Shown here: positions 49,053 to 57,848 of the stretch, piece by piece | Layout: the number at the start of each line of letters is the position of its first letter | Position numbering within the stretch: the first letter of the stretch is position 1 | Assembly (NCBI GenBank): GCA_010356995.1 | Contig: ML996687.1 | Span: forward strand, 497,803-561,802 | Reading direction: 5' to 3' | Source: Trichodelitschia bisporula | Taxonomy: Eukaryota | Length of the DNA stretch: 64,000 bases | Made by a program: the position numbers and the translations under genes | Notes under the pieces: model-generated | The model's database searches: none | The model's input: only the letters and a program-made list of their open reading frames with translations | Told to the model about the DNA's origin: nothing

Positions 49053-49766
49053 ATGCTTCCCCGGCGTCCGTCACCCCCGCCCTCCTACCGCCCCTCCTCC
49101 CATCCCTCTCGCACCTTAACCACCTCCCCACAGCCCGAGAGCGCATCACCCTCACCCTCCCCACCACCATCCTCAACCTCAACTCCCGCACCACGCGTCC
49201 CCCTCAACCTGAACGCATCCGAATTCATTCTCTTCCAAAAGGCAACCGCAGCAACCCGTCTCCGGCGCCCCTCCTCCCCCACCTCCCGGCCTGACACACC
49301 CGATCAAGCCCCGGCCCGCACGCAGTCGAGCCCAAAATATGGCCGCTTCGCGCTGAGCCCGCTGTTTCCGCCGCGCGATCTCGCCCTCCCGGTGCCGGCG
49401 CCGGCGCCGGCGCCTCGCCCACGGAAGAAGCGGGACGATTACATGCTGCGCCATTTCATGGCTGAGCCGCCGATTGCAGTGCCCGTCCCACGGGGGCCGG
49501 TGCCGGCACCGGGACTGGAGCTTGGCCGGCGAGCTTTGCCTACCGGCAGCGCCAGCGCCGACACCTCGCCTGTTGTTGAAGATACGAGCCCGGTGGGCGC
49601 GGGCGGGAAGGCTTGGTCGTATCATGGCGGAAATCCGCGGGGGGATGAGCGCGGGTACGATTTTAAGCCCTTCGTGGTTTACTCAAAGAGGAGGGGGGCG
49701 GAGGAGGAGAGGAGGGAGAGGAGGGGGCTGGACGGGAGTGAGAGGGGGGGATTCGAGCGGCGATGA
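49053..49766 (+). CDS. Ser/Pro-rich 'FxLSP' family member 2 (short form)
   Basis: Motifs KYGRFALSPL and YMLRHFMAEPPIAVPVPR; the 5' end is uncertain (a possible upstream exon could not be resolved). Confidence 0.6.
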   Translation: MLPRRPSPPPSYRPSSHPSRTLTTSPQPESASPSPSPPPSSTSTPAPRVPLNLNASEFILFQKATAATRLRRPSSPTSRPDTPDQAPARTQSSPKYGRFALSPLFPPRDLALPVPAPAPAPRPRKKRDDYMLRHFMAEPPIAVPVPRGPVPAPGLELGRRALPTGSASADTSPVVEDTSPVGAGGKAWSYHGGNPRGDERGYDFKPFVVYSKRRGAEEERRERRGLDGSERGGFERR

Positions 49767-51770
49767 CCATAGTAGAAGGGCAGAATTTTTGATGGGATGA
49801 AGGAAGGGCTGGTCAACCAAGCGGCCCTACGGTGATGAAGCGGCCTTGCGGCGACGGGACCTGTAAAAATGGTCTCTGGAGCACTTGCATCATGATGCCC
49901 TGCGGCGGGTAGTCGCGCAGTGGCCCGCATTACCCGCAACTGGCGTCTGTAATTTTGAGATATCCTGGATCCGAATGCGGTCCTTTAGCGGTAGATGAAA
50001 AGCAAATTAGCAGTCCTCATAACCGAAGCCAAATCTTGCAGTGATTGAAGTGCAGCCAAAAGGTGAAGCTGCAGGCGACTTTCCATGCCACGTGATGAAG
50101 TCTCGGGCGGTTCGGCAATCTCGCTTATCGTCGCTTATCGCGGCTCGATCCGCGTTACACGACGTTGGGTTCGAATTATTGGTACCACGGAAGTACCCCG
50201 CTTCATGGCACCGGCTGCATATGTCTGGTGCTCTCGCGGTCGCAAAAGCGGTCAGAATGCCTGTCCCGTCCTGCAGGCAAGGTACGCGCCTTTACAGCCG
50301 GGCATTGGCCAGCGCCATGCACTCGAAGCGCCCCTAAGTTGTTAGGCCCCCCCCGAACCTTGGAGGTCAACAGCCGGACTTGAGCGGGCGAGCATATGTA
50401 TCTTGGAAACGATAGATCCGTTTCCTACACTGTACCAATCCGCGCGACCACCCAGCCGCCGGGGAGCTTCCATCTTTCGCTGGGCAGGAGAAACATCACA
50501 AGTGCGGAGATGCCATGACAAGTGCGGAGAAATCGGGTTTCGGGCGATCCCACGATACTGTGGATTGATATCTCGTTTCAACACGCGGGAGAAGGCAACG
50601 AGAGCTTCTAGTCCGCCACGGCGAGGGGTCGGTGTGCAACTGTGTTACCTGAAGAAAAACGAAATCACCTCAAAACGGCGCAGTGCATCCTGGCCAATGG
50701 CCGCTAATTAGTCCCGTTTTCCTTGCTAATTAGTGGCGTCTCCATTGCTATCTGTGCGTTTGGCTCCCCACATGGAGCGCGACGCACTCACTTGCAGAAA
50801 ATAATGCCGCGGGTGAACTCACTTATCAACCATCGAAATGTCTGACTCCTAACGAAGAAGATCTACGCGAAGGATCCTCAGATGCTGCGTCAGGCTGGGC
50901 CATTGAGCCTCCACTTTAAAACCGGACACAGCGGAACTCAAAAGCTCACGGTTCGAGAGAACGTTTTCGTGGACATTCCTCGAGTCCAGGCGACTTGTGA
51001 GAAGTACATTTGCTCCTCAACCACTAACTCCGCTCCATCCTGGCGCAGCCCTTGACCTCATTACCGCTGGCCGAAAGGCAGACCATACCGTACTTTCTTA
51101 ACCGTACCAAACCAGGCCAGGCCGGAATCCCATCTTCTGGGATTCAGCAATCAGATGGAAACATCAGGTACGATACGTTGCAAATGGCTTCTGATGAACT
51201 TCGAGGTGCAAAGGGTCATTAGTACCTGGACTCCACACCCATGGAGCACCAGATGTTTTGTCCGCGAAGATATTATGATGGCTCTGATTGAAAGTCCACG
51301 ATGCTCAAGTATTGGCTAACGCACCAGCCATCGGCTGGGCAGCGGTTCTGTACGACCATGGGCCGTCCCGATCCAGTAACATCGGAGACCTTCCCGCCAG
51401 CTCGTCCCCCAAGATGGTCCGTCCCCTTTCACCCTGCGTCCATCAACCCGGCATCCCTGCCCCTCATCATCCACCGCGTGATGGCCGAATGCGGGGAGTG
51501 GTTCAGGGCGTTAGCACGGGCGGGTAAATTCGACTCCTTCAGGTGAAATTAGGAGAGTTCTAGCCACATCCAGGGGCGTTTGTGTCCCTTTTGCTAGCTG
51601 AGTACAGCCTTATCTAGTTATATGGCAGCCTTTCCAACTTCTACTTCAGCACCGCCTTCGTCCTTCCCCTAGATTGATGGTGGTTGTTCCGTTCCTGCTT
51701 GTTCGTCTTTCAGTATGATCCAGGTAGCAGCTATCCGTACCGGGTAGTCGATCTGCAAACACCAGCGACC

Positions 51771-54140
51771 ATGGCCAGCCCAACCGAAGCAGTCAGCCTG
51801 GTCTCTACCACGATTCCGGAAATTGACATCGCCCTCGCAAAGTCCCAGGCGTTCGCTTCGAAAGAGCGCCGTATGAAGCGGAACTCAGAACAGCGGCCGC
51901 TGTTCAACTGGCTAGGAGAGCGGTACAGCCAATTCGCACTCTCACCGCCGTCCCCCAAGGCCTTCACCTTTGCACACCACTGCTCCATCAGTGAAGCCTC
52001 AGTACCCAAGTCGTTGCTGGAACAGCACCTCGACAAGTCACCCCCACCCGCGTCCTCACACAGGCTGTCGACAGCCCTGGAAGGCAAGCCTGTCCGAATC
52101 GACGCCTCGAGGAAACAGATCAATGTCGAACCCGTAGTCAAGCCCGTGGTGAAGCCCGCCAGAATCAATGCCTTGAAGAAGCAAGCCACCGTCGAGGCCT
52201 CGCTCACCAGCCCCACCGTCACCAAGAACCTCTGGGCCTACCTCGCGGGCATCGGGTCCAAGGCTGAGCGTCCCGTGCCAGTCCTCGACCCAGCAAGGGT
52301 GACCTCTAGTCTGCCCACCGGTCCGAAGGATCCAGTTGCAAAACCTGTATCGGGTCCCCGGGCACCACACAAGCGCTCCGAGAGCGGTGCGGCCGTAAGG
52401 CCGGGCAGTGTGCATCGTTCCAGCGGGATCACCAGCAGCGTCTCAGCCTCACCGAACCCAACGGCTCCCACTAGGACACCCAGTCCCCCGACTGCCGGTC
52501 CAGCGCCTTCCTCCCACTCACTCACGCCGACAACCATCTCCCTGCCCATCGTCTCGGGTGGGCTTGTACACGGTACGAGCGGTGCGGAGCCCAGAAGCCA
52601 CTTTTCACCGATCAGCCCGGACAGCGCCGTGAGCGGCCCACCCGCAGTGCGAAGCTACTTCTCGCCCATCAGTCCGGACAGTTCGGCGAGCAGTTCACCC
52701 GCAGTACGGAGCTACTTCTCACCCATCAGTCCGGACAGCGCCACGGGCAGTACACCTTCGGTACATGCCGCGGTCAGGAGTCACTTCTCGCCTATCAGCC
52801 CCAACAGCGCTGTGAGTAGTCCACCCGCCACCAGGAGCCACTTCTCGCCCATCAGTTCGGACAGTACTGTGAGCAGTCAAAGGTCATCGGATGCCTCGCT
52901 TGTGTACACCACACCCCGGACCAGAAATCCAACGGAGCCGATTTCCCCGCCGCCCATGGCGCCGACTGCAGAGTCGTTCGGCCGTGAGTATATGCTGATG
53001 ACAATCAGCTTGTCACCATCGATCTACGATCCGCCGCCTGCTCCCACCCTCAGCGCGTTTCCTGTCGACCTCCCCGCTAGCCCGACCATTTCCCGTCCAT
53101 GCCCGATCGATACCTCACCGAACCCCCGCTCCCTCATCGCCGACTCGCCATACCCGGGCTTCGGCACCGCGACCTCCAGCACCGACTCTACATACGGATC
53201 CACCTCCTCCCTCGCCGGTCCCGACACCCCCGCCCCCCTAACAGCAAAGCGCATCGACTCACCCCCCGCGCCCACTCACAGCCACTTCCCCTCATCCCGC
53301 CCCGCCCCCCCCCTCCTCAAACGCAGCTCTGCCCTCTACCCCATCTCCCCCTTCCCCTCCCCGAGGTTGCCCGGCAGCCCAGCCCCCACCCCGCGCTTCG
53401 CCCGTTTCCCGGCGAACCGGGCGCTGCGCGCGCTGGACACGAGCGTCGGCGGACTGAGCAGCCGCATGTCGCCGAAGAGCATGGACGACGCGTATGAGGA
53501 TGAGGATGTGACGCCGACGGCGGAGCGGCCGCGCGGGGGGTTGCATAGTGCGCCGGCGAGTGCGGCGCCGGTTACGGCGGTTGAGCTTGGGGCGGGGATG
53601 GGGGGGCAGGAGGGTGTGGGGAGTGGGAGTGAGGGGGGGAGTACGCCGAGTAGTGAGCGGAGTGATACACCGTTTCCGATGACGCCGACGGCTGTGGCGT
53701 GGCCGTCGTTTGAGGATCGCGTGGCCAGTGGAGAGAAAAAGCTAAGGGAGGAGGAGGGGGATTTTCTTGTACCGGTTGAGAGGGGTGGGGCTGTGAGAGT
53801 GGGCGAGGGAAGTTCGGTGGAGGATTTGCTTGATTTGCACTTCAATGAAGAAGTGCGTGGTCGCGGGGAAGGGCAGCGTATATCGCGTGAGCTGCCGGAG
53901 CGGAGGAACAGGAGTGAGAGCCCATTGCGCTCGCCAACTGCCGGGTTGTATTCGGAGCTGCAGAAGAGGCCCGGCGCGACGATGACGGAGGAGTTGCTGA
54001 CGCCGGCGGTGTATGACCCGCACGCGGACAACATGTTTTCGTCGGTGATGCCGAGCAAAAAGTTTTATGCACTGCCGTCGGGGAGGCAGAACGACAAGAA
54101 CTTCATCTTGGGGGTGTATTTTAACCGGTCGTCAGGTTAG
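51771..54140 (+). CDS. Ser/Pro-rich 'FxLSP' family member 3 (long form)
   Basis: ATG 51771 in an 818-codon open frame. Motifs RYSQFALSPPSPKAF, PTVTKNLWAYL, LDTSVGGLSSRMSPKSMDDAYEDED, TPFPMTPTAVAWP and LTPAVYDP. Confidence 0.8.
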   Translation: MASPTEAVSLVSTTIPEIDIALAKSQAFASKERRMKRNSEQRPLFNWLGERYSQFALSPPSPKAFTFAHHCSISEASVPKSLLEQHLDKSPPPASSHRLSTALEGKPVRIDASRKQINVEPVVKPVVKPARINALKKQATVEASLTSPTVTKNLWAYLAGIGSKAERPVPVLDPARVTSSLPTGPKDPVAKPVSGPRAPHKRSESGAAVRPGSVHRSSGITSSVSASPNPTAPTRTPSPPTAGPAPSSHSLTPTTISLPIVSGGLVHGTSGAEPRSHFSPISPDSAVSGPPAVRSYFSPISPDSSASSSPAVRSYFSPISPDSATGSTPSVHAAVRSHFSPISPNSAVSSPPATRSHFSPISSDSTVSSQRSSDASLVYTTPRTRNPTEPISPPPMAPTAESFGREYMLMTISLSPSIYDPPPAPTLSAFPVDLPASPTISRPCPIDTSPNPRSLIADSPYPGFGTATSSTDSTYGSTSSLAGPDTPAPLTAKRIDSPPAPTHSHFPSSRPAPPLLKRSSALYPISPFPSPRLPGSPAPTPRFARFPANRALRALDTSVGGLSSRMSPKSMDDAYEDEDVTPTAERPRGGLHSAPASAAPVTAVELGAGMGGQEGVGSGSEGGSTPSSERSDTPFPMTPTAVAWPSFEDRVASGEKKLREEEGDFLVPVERGGAVRVGEGSSVEDLLDLHFNEEVRGRGEGQRISRELPERRNRSESPLRSPTAGLYSELQKRPGATMTEELLTPAVYDPHADNMFSSVMPSKKFYALPSGRQNDKNFILGVYFNRSSG
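52593..52880 (+). repeat. Five coding repeats, mostly 57 nt (RS[H/Y]FSPISPDSA)
   Basis: Units start at 52593, 52650, 52707, 52776 and 52833. Confidence 0.9.
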
Positions 54141-54189
54141 ACTTACGGCCTGGCGCCGCTGGCTGGACGTTGGTGCATCTGAGGGTTGG

Positions 54190-54330
54190 GATGCGGGTAA
54201 CCCGTCGTGAATGCCGGGTAACCACGTGTGGATGACGGGTAACCTGACGTGGGTGACGGGCGCCTAGCTGTCTAAGACGGGTAAAAGGGTATTCATGACG
54301 GGTAACGAGCGTGTCAGTTACGGGTAACTG
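54190..54330. repeat. Phased array of 7 CGGGTAAC-type motifs with 21-bp periodicity and variable spacers
   Basis: CGGG cores at 54194, 54215, 54236, 54257 (degenerate), 54278, 54299 and 54321. Confidence 0.88.
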
Positions 54331-54969
54331 GACGTCAACGGACTTGGGAATGAAACGGACATTCATCGATTCGCAAACATGGCATGGGAAATAGGTTGGA
54401 CGTTTACGCTGGGAATGGATCAGGGCGGACATCTGGAAATTTGCGGTCTCAGACATCGTGTCTTTCTCTTTTGGGCAAGCATTGGCGCTTGGGTGGTTAC
54501 CGTCCTTTTGATTAGTTAGCTAATGACGAACGGCTGGAAGACGAGCGATACTGACTGGTCCAAGAACTACGGATCAACGAAAGAAACGCCCTTTTATAAT
54601 GCAGTGAAACATCTAAAGCATACTGAAACAGCTGCTCTGGAGCGTGCCAATTGTTGCAGTCGGCTGATGTTGGTTGCCGGTGATTGGAGGTCGTTGGACG
54701 AAGAATTGTGGCGGATCACGGAGTTCTGACGCTCCTAACTACCCGACATGGAATGTCAAGCACCAGACAGTCCAATGCTGCGCTGAAATACACCAGAAGA
54801 GGCGTGGAAGTACCGAGCATCGGAATCGCTCCGGAACGATAACCATCAATATTCAAGTCTTCATATACTGACTATGCTAACATTACGCTGATATAAGCAA
54901 TCCACCCACCATGGGCACGTATATCTCTATGCATTCCATCTCCACACAACGCCAAACCCAACCCCCCAA

Positions 54970-56262
54970 CTAAGCCCCCATCCCAACCCCAAACACCTCC
55001 CTCTCCTTCCCCGCACCCCCCCCACCCTTCTCCCCCAAATCCACACTCCCTAACCCCCTAACAACCCACCCCGGCACCCCCTCCCCCTCCTCCACCCCCA
55101 CCCCCACCACCCCTCGCGGCCACGCCATCGCCACAGGCGTCATCGGACTAAATGGATACGGACTCTCCGTCGAACCCGCCGTCGCCGGACTCTCCATAAC
55201 CCGCACATCCGCCCGCGCCGCAAACCGTACCCGCGCCCGACTCGCATTCCTCTCCCTCTCATCCACCACCCGCCTATCATCCCCCCATCTCGCCCTCGCC
55301 CCCTCCTCCTCCTCACTCTCCCCACCTCGCGATCTAGACCGACTCCCAAGCCGCGGCGTCGGCCGCGCAGCCGTAGGTGTAGGATCATCGTCCTCCTCCG
55401 CCCGTCCCCGGCTGCTGCTCCGCAGCGCCCGCAGCCGCGCCGCACCCACACTCGTGTCCAGCGCGCCGAGTGCGTGCGTGCCGCGCGGCGCGGGGACGGG
55501 GACGGTGTGCGCGCGTTGTGGCGGGGGGCGCGCGGTGAGCGGGATTGCCGTCTGCGGACCGTCTGGCACGTCGCGGCTTTGAAGGGAGGAAAGTGGCGCA
55601 GGGCGGGATTTAGGCGGTGAAGACAGAGCGGAGGAGAGGGAGGAGAGGGTCGAGGTTGCAGAAGCGCGGCGCGCGGGGCTGGGCGTGCGCGAGCGCGCGG
55701 AGTGTAAGGAGGAGCGGCTGGAGGAGCGGGAGCTTGCGGCGCTGGGTGTGCGGGACGATATGCGTGTGCGCGAGCGCGGGGGCGGAGTGGGGAGAGCGGA
55801 GGCGAGGGAGGAGAAAGTTGTGCTGGTGGTGCTCGGCGATGCGGCGGCAGAGCGGCTCGAGAAGCTCCCGAGCGCGCGCAGGATCGGGCTCGTCGCAGGA
55901 TCGATCGGCCCGTCGCGCTCGGCCCAGCGACTCGTCCACCCCAGATCGCGAGCGCTTGTCGGTGTGGCGGCCGCGCTCGGTGACGGCGCGATGGGGAGGT
56001 CGGCGAGGAAGGCGTCGAGCATGACGGGTTTGCGCCCCGCGGTGGGCGTGGGTGGAACGTCTGCTGAGGTTGAGGGTTGCGGGCGGAGGGAGAGGACTTT
56101 GGGACTGAGGGGTGAGATGGCGAAGTGCGTGTATTTGCGGTCGCGATCTGGGAAGTCGCTGGCGATGGTGCGCTCGATGCTGGGCGGGAGGTGGGTGCGG
56201 CGGTCGCGGAGGGAGGATGAGCCTGGTGGGGTAGAGGCGGAGGGGGTGGTTGGGCTGGGCAT
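54970..56262 (-). CDS. Ser/Pro/Arg-rich 'FxLSP' family member 4 (intermediate form, inverted)
   Basis: 430-aa ORF with RKYTHFAISPLSPK, VMLDAFLADLP, LGALDTSVG, EEDDDPTPTAARP and PFSPMTPVAMAWP. Confidence 0.78.
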   Translation of the reverse strand: MPSPTTPSASTPPGSSSLRDRRTHLPPSIERTIASDFPDRDRKYTHFAISPLSPKVLSLRPQPSTSADVPPTPTAGRKPVMLDAFLADLPIAPSPSAAATPTSARDLGWTSRWAERDGPIDPATSPILRALGSFSSRSAAASPSTTSTTFSSLASALPTPPPRSRTRISSRTPSAASSRSSSRSSLHSARSRTPSPARRASATSTLSSLSSALSSPPKSRPAPLSSLQSRDVPDGPQTAIPLTARPPPQRAHTVPVPAPRGTHALGALDTSVGAARLRALRSSSRGRAEEDDDPTPTAARPTPRLGSRSRSRGGESEEEEGARARWGDDRRVVDERERNASRARVRFAARADVRVMESPATAGSTESPYPFSPMTPVAMAWPRGVVGVGVEEGEGVPGWVVRGLGSVDLGEKGGGGAGKEREVFGVGMGA

Positions 56263-57848
56263 GATAAACGGAAGATCGCAAGGATGCTGACGGCCGATCT
56301 GCGCGCCGGTTCAGGATGCGACGGCAGAATGGCACTGTCGACGACGGAGACAAGACGGGACGGGATGACGGGGGATCTAGGGCGAAGATATGCAAAGGGA
56401 AGGCTAAAGGAGGTGCTTTGGAGGGGAAGGGGGGCCGCGAGATGGGCCGCAGGTTAAAAGGATGCTCATCCGCAGTGTGCGAGTGCACAGCACAAGCGCA
56501 TGCCCCGTGTGGGAGATCAGACGTTGCAGGCTAATGCACGAGGGGGCAGCTGCCCGTATGGCTGCCCGGCTACGGTGCGAGGTTCTAAGCCACAGACCGC
56601 GGCGGTCGCCCGGCTGTGTGATGCCTGACCAGGGCGGGAGGGGGGGTTTCCGAGTGAAAGGGCGGGGGCTGGGCCGGGAGACTGATGGCGGAATATTAGC
56701 TTCAGTGCGATGCATTCGGGGGCGTATTCTGAGGGCCAATATCGATACAGGATGTGTTAATGAGACGGAAGGGGAAGTATTAGCTTCAGCCCCGGACACC
56801 TGGGGGGTGGATGGAGAGCCAATACAGGCTCATTTTGCCTGCAAGTCGGGGCAACTTGGCCCCTTCCTAATGCGGTGAAGTTGGTAGTATTTTGCTAGCC
56901 GGGGCGCGTAAATTCGGCCACTGACAGGAGGCATGTTCAGGCTGGGGGAAGGGCACGGGTCGAGGCAGTACGGTAGAGTTTTGATCGGCGAGGCGCAGGA
57001 GGGCGGAGACGGGATGGAGAGGGGAAGGCGATGGAGAGCACTCAAAGGATTGAGGCATTTGGGACATAAAAAGTAAAGAAGTAAAGAAGTAAATACTGTT
57101 AAGAGGAAGTTCCATTCCTTGCAGTTGATGATCCTTTGATGCAAGAAATGTTGGATAATTAGCAAGAGAATGAAGGAGGACCACTGTCTTCTGTTACACA
57201 AGATCCGTCGTACCCAGTGGAGAGGTGAGGGGAAACACGGCCGAGAAAGCGGCCGACTCCTTCGCTCTCTAAGCGCCGTGGTTGTGCGCTACGTCCGAAT
57301 CAGACGTGGGGAACCAACACAACATTCTCCAATTGGCCAGAAAGGCCCTGGGCTGCGATTCTTCAGCCTCGCGATTGGCCCCACCCCCCGCACCCCCCAG
57401 ACAACGCCATGTCGAACTGCCATGTCCTCCCCTGTACAACACCACACTACACGTGAAGCCTCTTCACGCTGCATGAAGGAAGCGGGGGACCCAGGCGGGA
57501 GAGCCCTAGGAAATACGGACCTGTAGCAATCGACTGAGGCGTTCGGGTCAACAGTGATCAACCCATCCGAGGGAGGGGGTATAAGTTTCTTGGGGGGCCT
57601 TGCAGCGAGCACCGCAGCACACATTTCCGCCAGCAGTTTCCCGTCTGCGTTGCTCCCCCCCGTCAGTATTTCATTTGCCTCGCTGTCGGGTTTCCTTTTC
57701 TGTTCCTCTTTTCTCTCGTGCTTTGTCATTTGGTTGCTGTTGTCGTCTTCGTTGCTGTCTTCATTGTCGGTGTCGCCTTCATCGTTCGCATCTGCATCTG
57801 TGGAGCATAATCACTCCTTAATACGCCTAATCGCTCACCACACTCACC

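Noticed and set aside
48844..49119. Possible first exon of the 49053 gene
   Set aside because: A branch point and acceptor exist (~48936-48951), but the only frame-compatible donor I found (GTCCTC) is poor, so it is left unresolved.
54190..54330. CRISPR-like look of a constant core with variable spacers
   Set aside because: The core is about 8-10 bp and the spacers about 12 bp, far too short; the context is eukaryotic and there are no cas genes.
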